64,000 nt of DNA from Balanoglossus misakiensis (taxonomy: Eukaryota > Animalia > Hemichordata), in the NCBI GenBank assembly GCA_040954595.2, contig CM082597.2, forward strand, positions 2,058,422-2,122,421. The letters are read 5' to 3'. The notes under the pieces are model-generated. The model was given only the letters and a program-made list of their open reading frames with translations, did no database searches and had not been told where the DNA came from. Positions 40,101 to 53,257 of this stretch are shown one piece after another. The position numbers and the translations under genes were made by a program. Position 1 is the first letter of the stretch. Each line of letters begins with the position of its first letter.

Positions 40101-43100
40101 GCGAGAGTACAGTATGCAAAATTCTGGAGTTTTTTTCCAAATAGAAATATATGCAAATGGTTAATCAACTTCAACCTTTTAAACACTGTAGTAATGCCTC
40201 TTACAAGTTACAATGGTAAAATGCTCAGACTACATGCTCTGTATCACCCATACATGCAACTGTCATTGGCAGGCTTATTATAACTTATCAGGTTTGAAAT
40301 TAATTAGAAATGAGAATTCATGTCTTCAGGGTATCAGCTTGAGGAATGAAACACCTGCATGCACACATCTGGTGTAAAAAGATCAGATGGAAAGCTACCA
40401 AATTGCCCGGGAGGAATTTAATTTCCCATGAAAGCATTATTTCATAACAAACAGGGGTTGCGGCATCTGTGTAGAGCCACTAACCCTAATGTATAATGCG
40501 GCAACTTCCTGTGAATCTTAACCTTTGACCCTGTTTCAAAATAAACAACCCAGGCAGATTAACCTTTGCCCCCTGACCTCCTAGTGACTAATGATGTCAT
40601 TCAGAAATTTTCATCCGAGCCGGATTCGAATATTAAGTAGCTTACTGTGCTTTGTCAAGGCTTCAGCCTGTTTAGTTTCAAATTTGGCAGATAATGGCTG
40701 TTTAAATGATACATACATTTATACCGGCTTTGAGGATTCAAAGGGTTAAAATAATTTAAAATAACAAGATAACTATTGTCCTTAATTAGTGATTTGAAAT
40801 TAATTGTCTTGGAATTAAAAAGAACATGCAGTAAACACGATTGACTCTACTAAAAAGCAAGTACAGAAAGTTAAAATTCTTACTGTAATATTTACATTAA
40901 TTTATCAAGTGGATTGTTTTAATGAAGTTTAATGCATTCCCATTCAGAATGAATTTTTCTGATTACGATAGTTGAGTTTAGACGAGTTTCGACACTATAT
41001 ACATTATCCACACACTAACTCTGTAATCACATAGCAAGATTGAAGCCTTAAGTGGATGGGAAAGTTTGTTCACCCCTGAAACAAGATGCCACTGTGGGAG
41101 TATATGTCTACGGCACAAATGTGAAGGTGGAAACTGAGATACAGGATATGTTATCAGGAAAACCATCTGTATGGGTTTGGGAGGAACATCAAGGTTAGCC
41201 AGGAAGTGCGTGGTGTTACGTCTGGTGGCTGTTTATAGGCAAATTGTTGTTTAGGCAATGAATGTGTTAAACAGAACTAGTAAAAAAAGGCTAGAATTAA
41301 GCCAGTGACCATAGCTTATGGCTCAGATCTACTAGGAAAACACAAAAGGCAGAATATGACTGCCAAAAGACATATTCGAACATGAGGATTATGTTTAGCT
41401 AGCCTGCTCTACAACTGTGTGGAATTGCATTTTCAGTAATTTCTAAAGGGAACGTGATTTCCACGCATATATCTTAATTCAGGGGTCACTGAATCCCCGC
41501 TTTTTAATCCAATAAAACTGCCATTACCACCGCAAAGTGGATGGCTCTCAGGGAGTCGACTCAGCTGTGTGGATACATGACGCATCTATAACAACAGCGT
41601 ATAATGCATGCATCAGGATACTAGTAGTCTACAGGAAAGGTCGGGAACGGTTGTGTTCAACCTGAAAAGTTTGTCGACCTAATGGAGGAAAGAGAGTCGA
41701 CATCTGTAGCCATGGTTACTGATAATTTAAGGCAACAGGACTAATGTTTTAGGATCTGCATTAGTATGACAGCTAGCCTATTGGTTGGTTTACAGTCATT
41801 GTCTGACTACAATGCTTGATAAGCATAATGCAAGGAATGACGTAATGCGAAATTTCATAAATTTGAAATGCGGACTCAATGTCACATTTGCATGTCTGCA
41901 TGATGGTAATTATTACGCCCTTGGGGAATTACAGTGTACAATCTGAGTGCTGGTATTTTTACTTGGTACGGTTAGGTCTCGACTAATCATTTAGCATTCT
42001 TTCAGAGAGTTGTCATGCATTCTCACAATTGATTGCTATGACCACAGGACAGTGCTTGATAAGCTTGTGTCATTTTAAAAATGGTTCACGTAATGGAAAT
42101 CAACAAAGTGTGCTTAATATTGTAGACATACCAATTTTATGATTTTTTCTCATATCACATTGAGGTTCTTATATTTAAAAGATTCTCTGTAATTGGCTTG
42201 ATAACATCTTTGAACTCTTGATTGCATGATTAGACATGCAGACCATCAAGAGAAGAAACAAAAATTGTTATACTTCGAAGATGCTATCACGGAGAGTAGG
42301 CGTCCATAATTGAATAAAGCAATATTTCCATCAGTGGTAGCCATAGAAACAATAAATGTTATATGTTTTATCATATGAATTATTGTGACATGAATTTATC
42401 AATGATATATTCGCAAATATTTTTTTATGAAAGTATCAATAGTGGTCATACACAAATTAAACTAGTTTCTTTGATCTCAATTAGAGAAGAGGTTTGTTTA
42501 ATTATTACAAACGCATTACAAACGAGAAGAAATTCATTAGTTTATTAGCTTGCTAGTGAGTGTTATGAAAAATAAACTAATTAATCCAAATTACTGGACC
42601 GTGAAAAAGAATAATTCTCGAAGCCTGACATCCTGGCTACGCATATCTGGGCTTCTATACCGGTACCCACAATGCCATGCAGCAAAGTTTGTTCACCCCT
42701 CGTTTGATTCCATAGAAACAATGAAGCTTCAACATCAAAATGTGATAGAAATCGCGAAAATTAAATTTTTTTGTGTCCAAATAATTTTTGGGAAGGACAG
42801 GATCATAAAATGTCAATACTGAGGTTATACGTCTTTTTTTATTTAAAAAATGCTGAAATTGAGGCATGATTATTGCGTGTTGCCAGGCATGTGAAAGTTT
42901 GTTGACCCTGAAATGAGAAGCGATGAAATGGAACATCATCAGAGGAAAAATTTGTAAAATACAGACAAAAAACGTTATTTCTGGCAAAAAATTCAAAAGA
43001 TTTTGTTTAGTTATTTTATTTTTTACCACATGGGCAAATAATGTGAAGGGCGCATCATTTGTTCTTTGTCATCGTCGGCATTTTTCACGCTTTCGAAATC

Positions 43101-46100
43101 CAGGAAGTGAAATGGAAAGTTTGTTCACCCTGCCTGTGGACCGTACCATTATTCCATAAGGGGTGTTACCGCTACTGAGGGACAAAGTGTCTGAGGGGCA
43201 ACTATGACATGACATGCTGAAAAAAAAAAACTGTTCAACATTTCACTTCACTGTAAACAGTCAACTTTCAACTGATAATTTGTTTATTTTTATTCAAATC
43301 TAATTAATATTTTTATTAATGTTTTCTGGGTTTTGTTTTGTGTGTATTAAAGTGGCATTTCAGTAATGATTTTTACATGAATTTTATTATGTATCTATTT
43401 AAGTTTGTTTTAGTTGTCATTTTATTCTATATATTTTTTTATCTACAACCTGTAAAAGAGATATATATCTGACAGGTTTTTTTTATAGAATGCACTAATG
43501 TTTCATTGACGTATAAACGAAATTTGTATGTAGCATTAGAGGGCGATGTGACCTCCAAAAAACTCTCAGGTTTCACAGTAATCAAGCAAGTCTGACCTTT
43601 ATGGTGGGCCATCAAATATTTACATATTAATTTATTAAAGCCTTGGAGCCAATATGTATTACTGCTCCGTTCATCCGTCTGATTCTTTTTTATTGTTTCT
43701 ATAGGTCAGAAAGAGATCTTAAAGTCTCTGACAGGTAAATTTGCCTCAGGAGAACTAACAGCAATAATGGGACCATCTGGGGCTGGGAAATCATCACTTA
43801 TGAATGTACTAGCTGGATACAAGTGAGTAAATAACAACAAAAAATAATTTCAAAGTCTAATATATATTTTTCCCAAGAGAAAATACTTTACAGTGTTTTT
43901 TTTTCTAGTCATAGTTTTTTAATTATACAAGAGTTGTAAATGTAGCACTGCTAATCAGCTATTATCTATTTATTTATATCTATTGATCCATCTATCTCTC
44001 TCTCGATATATATATACATTGTATACATAAATATGTGTGTGTATATGTGTGTGTATATACACACAAAGATTTTTTAGTTTGTCTGTTGTATTACACAAAA
44101 ATAACAAAAATACTGTCACCCTGAAAAACTTCACTCTCTTTTGTTGACAGGACTCGTCATATGAAAGGACAGGTACTCGTTAATGGCAAAGAACGTGACC
44201 TCGGAACGTTTCGGAAAATGTCGTGCTACATCATGCAGGACAATCATCTACTGCCTCACTTGTCTGTCATAGAGACCATGATGATCTCGGCAAACTTGAA
44301 ACTCTCACAGAAAATGAAAGTTGCAGATAAAAAAATAGTTGTAAGTGTAAAATGTATGGTCTGCATTTTATCATTGTAGGGCAGCATTAATTTTCCTGTT
44401 CTGTTTATGTCAGTCATAGAGATTATCCTCATTTAAATTCAAGTTTGCGATACATTTTCTTATGAAAAAATAGTGCCATTTGTTTTAGAAACTACAATTT
44501 ATGTGGTCACATTATGATACACATATCAATAATTGTCCATCGTATTTTGTATTTCTCTAGGTGGAGGAAATTTTGAGTTTACTCGGTTTGACGGAGAGCC
44601 GGAAAACAAGAGTCATTAATCTCTCAGGCGGCCAGCGGAAAAGACTGTCCATCGCCCTAGAACTGGTGAACAACCCACCAATCATGTTCTTTGATGAACC
44701 CACAAGGTAATCACATGACCGTCACATGGTTAATACAGTGGCTAATTTGTCTTCTACACCTGATTATGATGTAGTGTTTGTTTTGTTCTTTTTAAACAGT
44801 GGACTGGACAGCTCTTCGTGTTTACAGTGTGTGTCTCTAATGAAGTCGCTGGCCAGAGACGGTCGGACAATCATCTGTTCAATACACCAACCCAGTGCCA
44901 AAATATTTGAAATATTCGATAGGGTAAGCGATCATTTCATTTCATTTCAATAAGCAATACAATGTTTTATTTCAGTATCAAATCAGTTTTTGCTATTAAA
45001 TTGACTAATAATTGTATGTTATTCAGTTGTATGTTTTAGGTGATGGACAGTGTTTGTACCAAGGTTCCATTCGAGGGCTGGTCCCTTATCTGAAAACCGT
45101 GGGTCTGGTTTGTCCACCATATCATAACCCAGCAGACTTTGGTAAGTTAGTCTTTATGTTACCACTGTAAGATACTATGACAATATAAGGTTAATTAAGT
45201 TATGAAAATGATATATGAATTAACACCAAGCTAACAAGCAAATTCAGAGCTAGAACCACTATTTTATTTTCAGTTATTGAAGTGACATGTGGTGAATATG
45301 GTGATCACCACTCAACTTTGACGAAAGCTGTCGCTGAAGGCAGATGTAAAGAGTCCGACCGAAACCTGATGTTATCACTGACTCCCGAATCTAGCTTGGC
45401 ATCTTCAAGAGACCAGTCACCTGTGACCCCAACACAGCCAAACGGACATTTACCACAGAGCTCATCGGGCAGTATAGAGGCTATTACTGCTGGGGGAGGG
45501 GGTGACCCTTCACCTTCTATTGAGGTAGGTCGAGTCAAAGTTCATGTGGTTCATAGGTCATGTATTACCGCATCAATATGAGGTTCTGATGCACCATGTT
45601 ATAAAACTTGAATTGGCATTATTTAGAAAATATTGCAGTGTTCTGCATTTAATTTAGTGTCAACCTCCTTTGTTTATTATTACACATTACATTTTATGCG
45701 GTTTAAGTATTACATGGCAATGTTAAATGCAATAAACAAAATAAAATTATCATAAAAAAGTTTTGCATTACTACATAGAAAAATATGGTTTTATTTTGCA
45801 TGTGCCCCAAATTGATTTTGTCATCATTTTCTGCGGTCTCAACCACCCAAGCAAACTTCACCCACCATCATCCTCTGCTGTTTGTTTGTTTTGTTTTTGT
45901 TTCCTAAAGATGAAGAGTTGCAAAGCTGTTCAAGTAACCTTGTCTATTAACACGGGTAGTGGCCATGCCAACGGTAGTGCTACAGTGTCATGTCCCGACA
46001 ACCAATACCAGGTAAAAAAAGAAATAAACAATATGCAAAATCTTACACTCGTCACGTCAATCTTAATTTTGAAGTGAAAGCTAACCTGCTTCTTTTGCGT

Positions 46101-47946
46101 CACAAAATCTGCTGCAGACGACTCACCAAGTCTTTTGCATTATCATCTTATCATGCTTTACCCTAACTTCTCTAACCATATATTATACAAGCTAGCACCC
46201 AAGTTATCAAATTGAAAAACTGAATTCAAGAACTGAACGGATTTCTATGAGATGTCATATATTATGTGTAATGGTATTTTCCTGATCCATTTATAAAACT
46301 TGCAAGTGTGTGCGGCTACATTGTATACACTTCTGTCTGACTTGATTTCAGGACTTGTCAGATGTCAGCATGAAACATACGTTTGCAACTAACACACTGA
46401 CACAGTTCTACATCCTGTTCAAGAGAGCTTTCTTTATGATTCTCAGAGATGCGGTAAGCAGATCTCAGCACTTTCTTCATTAATAAAATTTGTAATCTCG
46501 GGTAATACAGTTTATGTGCTGGAGGTCTTTCTGATAATTCCACATACAAAACTCTTGAATTTTGAGTGAATTTTCTGTGACAGTTAAATTGTTAAACTTT
46601 GATGTGTGTCAGAATGTTGATTCATATGTCTGCACATCTGCCCTTGCCTGCATGTCGATTAAATTTGAAGATAGTTTAATTTTTTCTCTTTTACTATTTC
46701 AGGTGTTAACTCAGCTCCGTCTGTTGTCACACATTGCCATTGGGGTGATCATCGGACTACTTTATCTAGATGTGGGCAGCGACGGCAGCAAAGCCTACAG
46801 TAACTGTGGCTCTCACTTCTTCTCAATTCTCTTCTTAATGTTCACCGCTCTCATGCCAACAGTACTAACATGTAAGTAATATTTGTCATACTGGTTTATT
46901 AATTAAAGAAGTAGGCATCCATTAAAGATTGCTATGGTGTCTGATCAAGGTTACAATGTATAACAAACATATTTACTTGTTTATGTTTTATAGTTCCATT
47001 GGAAATGAATGTCTTTATCAAAGAGCACATGAACTATTGGTATAGTTTAAAGGCATATTATCTTGCAAAGACTATGGCTGATGTACCATTTCAGGTAAAG
47101 TTCAATTATTGACATTTCTATTATAATAAAAAATCCAACAAAAGCAATATCATGACTATGTGGGCAGGATGCTTAAACTCGATTCATGCAGATCATAACT
47201 CATTTACTTATATACTTTATGTTTATTTACAGATAATATTTCCTGTTATTTACGGTACTATTGTGTACTGGATGACAGCCCAGCCATCAGATGCTACAAG
47301 ATTTGTTTTGTTTCTGTGTATTATGGTAATGACCTCTCTTGTCGCCCAATCATGTGGGCTGTTGATTGGAGCAGCTACACCATCAGAACAGGTATGTTAG
47401 CTAATTAGTAATTGGTCAACTTTTCCCTCCGAATGTTAACTTTTTCATCATACATAACATATAGATTGGATGTCTAGATGAATGTTGCAAAAATGTTAAC
47501 TTTGTTGGCACAGATTTTTCATATGTATCGCAAGTGAGAAAGAAATACAGGACATAATTGCCTTATAACAAGACTTCGTAAAATTGTTACACTTTCAGGT
47601 TGCCACATTTGTTGGCCCAGTGACTGCCATACCGATTCTTCTGTTCTCTGGTTTCTTTGTCTCGTTCGACACAATACCGAAGTACTTGCAGTGGGTGTCT
47701 TACTGCTCGTACGTGCGCTACAGTTTCGAGGGCACACTCCTTGTCATCTACGGCATGGGCCGCGGCGAACTGGACTGCAAAGAAGGCGAGTTCTGCCTCT
47801 TCCGGACAAGCGAAGACGTCCTGAAGGAGCTCGACGTTGAAAACGGAAAACTGTACATTGATTTTATTGTACTTGCTGGGTTCTTTATTTTCCTGCGTCT
47901 GTGCGCGTACTGCGTTTTACGCTTCAAATTGAGAGCTGAACGCTGA
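31199..47946 (+). CDS. ABCG1: ABCG1/ABCG4-like (white family) ABC half transporter, ~701 aa, 13 exons
   Basis: Exons 31199-31379, 43705-43822, 44151-44340, 44561-44706, 44800-44923, 45027-45141, 45274-45524, 45910-46011, 46352-46453, 46703-46871, 46994-47094, 47233-47391 and 47599-47946. Motifs: Walker A GPSGAGKS, signature LSGGQRKR, Walker B MFFDEPTSGLD, IHQP, NPADF, and a C-terminal ABC2 membrane domain. N-terminal [12 protein letters not shown] is typical of ABCG1/4. The first intron is 12.3 kb. Confidence 0.95.
33558..33617. mobile_element. Internally deleted copy of the 85-bp piggyBac-type MITE
   Basis: TTAACCTTTCATCCC...GGGTTTGGACTGAACCATGGTGGTGAAAG. Confidence 0.6.
34091..34175. mobile_element. 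85-bp piggyBac-type MITE, best-preserved copy with both TTAA flanks
   Basis: TTAA|CCCTTTCACC...GGTCAAAGGG|TTAA, in reverse orientation relative to the 27194 copy. Confidence 0.85.
36710..36737. mobile_element. Terminal fragment of the 85-bp MITE
   Basis: TTGGACTGGACCATAGTGGTGAAAGGG. Confidence 0.5.
40519..40579. promoter_or_regulatory. Candidate intronic enhancer: two DR1 nuclear-receptor sites flanking a Forkhead site
   Basis: TAACCTTTGACCC (40519-40531), AAATAAACAA (40539-40548), TAACCTTTGCCCC (40560-40572) and TGACCT (40574-40579). Confidence 0.35.
42684..43138. repeat. Probable DNA-transposon remnant with repeated AAAGTTTGTT(C/G)ACCC subterminal motif
   Basis: The motif occurs at ~42684, ~42895 and ~43116 (ending CCCTGCCTGTG), with another copy at ~41061. 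Confidence 0.45.
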
Positions 47947-50900
47947 TTCACGCGAGAGTTGTCAGCAAATCACTATAGCGTCCACTATTGTGAATTTTAG
48001 ACTTCATTGGACATGCTGAATATTTCAGTACATGAAATGTATGTTTATTTTTAAAACTGTTAATTTGTATCGTATCATTTGCACTTTCCATATTCTCTTT
48101 TATCTGTTATAACATTTTAGGGTTTAATCCTCATATATGTTAATAGAGGTCAAAGTTCAATGGGTAACAAGGGTCGAAAGTTAAATGGTCTGGCTTGTAA
48201 CTAAAAGTATACAATGTATAGACCCAAATAGATGAATACAATAAGACACATGTATATTTGCTTTCAAAGTAAGCATCTAAGGATTTTGGGTATTTTCCTG
48301 TCCACTCTTACTTAACATTTACAAACTGCTGCTTTTTCTACGGACCAAAAATTGTTAGGAATGCATGGGTTGTATGTACACTAGTGCAAAATTCATGTGT
48401 TTGCAGATTTTTAGAGTGCGTCCGATTCTTGCTCATTATCAAATTCACCTGAAACTATATTGAGATAAACTCTGAAATTTCTACAGACTTGACTGTCCAA
48501 TTGCAACTGAATACCACCGACCTCGGAGAAGCAATATGCGACGGTTGAACTAATGTGGTAGTGATGAGCACCTTCAATCATTTCCATGGTTACAATAATC
48601 AAGCACAAATAAGTGTGAAATTCGTACACAGATTGTGCACATTGAATATTTTGCACAATGACTATTCATGTTATATAAACCTTTAAGTAACATTAAGTCA
48701 GCAGTTTGCTTGAAAAATTGATTATATTAAAATCAAAAATTATGTGATGGAAAGCTGCACTTGAATATATATCAAATCTTGCACTTGCTATTCAGAATGG
48801 ATATATCCAGTGTGCGTCAAAGAAAGTAAGAAAGCCAACTGCTGATTGGTCAGCAGCAGATTTTTGATGCTGTTGAGACTATAATCAACCAATTAGTAAG
48901 TGGTACACATTGTAACCGGTTCTAGTGGCGGTTTCTTAGTTAATGTATTAAAGTGGGTTGTTTTACATACAATACTTGGTCGCACATGGGGATGGGCATT
49001 AAAGGGTGAAGAGGCTAATGTGAAAATAATGTAATTGCGGTGACGTGGAGGCTGAATTAACTCATTCAGAGAGGGATCAGAAGAGCAAGTTTTAATGTCA
49101 TCGCTGCTTTTAACCGACAAATGCACCATTGACGTCAGCTTTGACATTTACAAAACCTAGTCGACTGAACACTAACTAGAAAAAAATTCATAAAAAGACA
49201 AAAAATTGGTTTTAACAATTCGGTTATTGATTTTCCACATCGTCAATGTTTGGCTTTAGAAACCACACCTAACTCCCACTTGAATTATTACTATGGGATG
49301 ATCGTCGTGTTTCTGTAAATAGGACTGGACCATTTCATGGTTTTCACAGGTACTATTCGTTCATTAATTTTAACTGGAAAAGTCTAAGTCATGTACGCCA
49401 GGAAAGATTATTTATAAAACATGTTTTTTTATCATGTATTTTGAGCAAGCTGATTTGAATTTACAAATTTCTCAAACCCTGCAATACCATGCTTTCCACC
49501 CCACACTGACATAAGTGAGCTGATCCTGTCAATGATTGAATAGGATTGTACCAAAAGTGGTAGATTAAAGGGGAGGTAGGGTAACTGACAGAGACAAGCA
49601 AGAGATGCACTCTAACATTTACAAGAAATGTGTAATAGATGTTGTGCATTGTATGTGTGTTGTGTAGCACCCATGTGGTCGTTGAATTGGTTTGATGTTC
49701 TTTTCAATATTAGGGATTAAAAATTGAGATCTTGACATGGAAAAAATGAACAATCAAAATGTATTTTTGCATGTGATTTTGTTGTACTTTAAAATTGTTA
49801 AATTGTTCTTCAGCAGGGATGCAAATTGCTTCACACACTGTCTTGCTCGGTGATGGCCAAGTGGTTTGCCACAATGGGCTGATGACCCGAATTAATTACT
49901 CGTGACAGTTGCTTTTTGCCAAAATTTCTGCATTATATATGTCATGTCAAGGTCAAAGAAAGGTCAAGCTTGCACACCATTGTGCAAAATGACTTTGGGA
50001 GTTTTGTATAAGTTAGTTAAACCTACCCGAGCCATCTATCCTAATTATTTTAATGTGGGGTCTAGCTGTCTATAGAAAGTAATGCGTATCTTTGCCTTTG
50101 TACAGGGATTTTAGGGTAGGTAAGAATAGTTTGTGAAGTGTGTTTAAAACCAACTGTGTACCAGCAGTACTTCTGTGACTGTGATTTTAATAACCTAGAT
50201 CCGGCCAAACAAAATTCCAACTTATGATATGAAGAATTATTTGGGTCCAAGAACAAACAATGATTAATATAGGTTAGTCATGGCTATAATAATATATAAG
50301 GCCAAGTGAAAGCCATGGTCATGATATGAGAGAGATTAGAATCTTAGGAATGAGATATAATACACATACCAGGTAGTACCAGGAATGTGGTATTATAATA
50401 ATCTTTTATAAAAATTATAATTCCATTGAAGAAACTTATTTTGAGGAAAATATTGCTCTTGCTAGCTAGCCACTTCAGTTGAAGCTTGTAATGCCAACAT
50501 TTGCCAATAATTTATTTTGCTAACTTATTTATATCTACAGATATTTCACTGGGTTCAAATTTCATATTTTCAGTAACGTATTGGACTAATTTTATTTCTC
50601 TGTAAGTCAATGTTACGATTAACAATTTTCCATATGCTAAGAGTACACTTATTTCTGTTTGGTGTATTTTTGCTGTGTTGTTTAATATTTATTTATTTTT
50701 ATATTGTAAGTCAAGTAGCTAAAAACTTAAATGCTGCCTCACCCAGTAAGAGACTGATAGTGCAATTCTTAAATAGATTTTTGCTACCTAAGTGAGTGAT
50801 AAAAATCTCTGTTCATAGAATTTCAATATGGCGGATTTCAGTGATTTGACCCCCTAGCATGAAAAAATATATATTTATCATGGCAAGAATTGTAGCATAT

Positions 50901-53257
50901 GGTTCAAGAGTATATTACTGTATTATTGTTCTATTTAAACACATACTTCTGGTATATGTTTTCTCTCATGATGTTCAATATGAAGCTGTACATTTGTTGA
51001 ATATTCACGAGAAGCTAGCACTTCTTGTAAACACGGCAATCAAATTTCATGTTTTTTCTTAGATATCAAAATGACTTTTCAAATCCTTAGTTGTGTTTAT
51101 TAAAATAAATGTTACGAAATGGAAATATATCTTGGAAATATATTTGAATATTTAATTTAAATACATCAGATTCCCCCTTTATTTGTTTACTGTACACTTG
51201 TATTGTTGAAAATTTGAAAGTACATTGGCTTTAGTTGCACTAAGTGGTTTGCCCGCTTCAGTTGTGTTACTGGCAGATCCACGTGTCAAAGTTCAAAGGT
51301 CAAATTATGAAATGCACAATATTTGAATGATTTTATTTTTGTCCCTTCCCCTGACTGAAGATATATGTTTATCTCAGATGACAAGTCAACTCAATGTCCT
51401 TGCCAAACAAAATTTACCAACACTGTTGTCACGGAAACATTAGTTTGAACATTCTAATAACATTGTGCTGGATGGTACATGTAACTGTCTTTTTAATATC
51501 ATGCATTGAATAATAGGGACATTATTTCTCTGTTTGTAAACAACTGAATTAACTACGGAAATCAGAGTAAATATTTTAAACTACTGATAAATTATGAAGT
51601 ATTTGAAATCAGACTGCATGTTTACTTGTATACATTTTTAATCGACAACGGCATGTAATGCCTAACAGAGGCTACTGATTCATAAATATTGTATACGAGA
51701 TGGATTTTTTAAAAATATCAACAAGCAACAAGAGAATTAATTCTCTTTGCCTTCTACTTATCTTTAAACCAAACAACCGTGCTGTGATAAGGAATATTTC
51801 AGACACAGGGTAAAAATTCAAAGAGGTGTGACTCGAGATACATTCGGTATATTGTGAACTTTTATTTTATGAGAATGTATGATCTGTGTGTTCCTGTGAT
51901 AGTCGGTTGGTCATTGAGACTTCCATGTGATCAAACATGGAACTACAGTTGTTAACACACAGAGCAAAAAATCTGGAAAAATAACCGACGTGGGTTGGAA
52001 ACACAGATCATTGTTTTATCACGTTCCCTGGCCTTTTTTAGATTGTGTGGATCTGCTAACAGGGTAAATTAATATATGCACAGAACAAAATCTTGATGTT
52101 TTTTTCTTCTTGTAAGTAAATGAATGTAATATCATAAAATATTTATTTGTACTATGTGTTTTTGTGGATTATTCCTGACATTGCCGTTCGGATTCTGTTA
52201 TTTTCAAACAAAGAGACTGATGTGTAAAATTTAATAAAAGTATCTGAACTGAAAATGGTTGTGTTCAATTATTTATTTGTGAAAACAATTATGTCCTATA
52301 CACAGAGGGCAGAAAGGTATGGGTGAAGAACTTTCATCTTTTTCCAAGGAAAACATAAAATTCCAGTACAGCCATGGAACCCATGACCCATGGAATAAAT
52401 TTTTTGAACACTTGCCTATAAACTACAACTTACCTACTTTCTGGATGCTTTGATCGAGGATTTTAATACTACATTTCTAACATAGTACATTTATTCTGAC
52501 AACAGATGACAAATAAAGCAAAACAAAATCCACCAACATTACAAAATTAAATCAAAAGTGCATGGGTGTGTGTGTGACTATTTAGGTACTAAATTAAGCC
52601 TTTTTTCCCCATTTGATATAAGGTAGAGTGGCCAATGGATTCTGCTCTGGGGAGACAACTATACAGTAAAACTAGCGAAGCATCTATCTAGACGAAATAA
52701 ATACCTTTTTTCTGATTCTTCCACATGAGATACTAACCTGCATAAACCAGCTACCACTGTAACGTTCTAAGTCCCTAGCTCCCATTTAAGACAGGATTCA
52801 GTGAAGAATACCTAGTCCTCAACTTCAAGTTACCTCTGCACACTATCACTAAAAATAAAGAAAACCGTGTACACATTTTTATAAATACACCGATTTTATA
52901 TCTCTGTTCATGTCATGTTCATTTCTATCCCTCAACTCAATGTCAATTGCTGCTGAACAAGTCGTGTCTGCAATAACTCTTGAAAATGTTCAGTTTCAAC
53001 AAGTTCTGCTCTCTACATAGTATTGAATATTGGCTCATAATAGACCTGCTCTGGAATAAATGTCATATGCAGATTACTGCAATGTTCTATGGCAAATAGA
53101 TGTGGAATTATTCATGTGATAGTGTACATATGAATACATGTATGTGTGTTTTCTTTGTACTGTGGTGTGTTTGAATTCTGGGTTTCACCTTTTAGAAAAC
53201 TGTCCTTCTTAGACCTGTGAGTTCCCATATTATGTACACTTTGCCTCAAAACTTTTA

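Noticed and set aside
32300-43600. Nested gene in the 12-kb ABCG intron
   Set aside because: The short ORFs show no recognisable domains and no phase-consistent exon chain.
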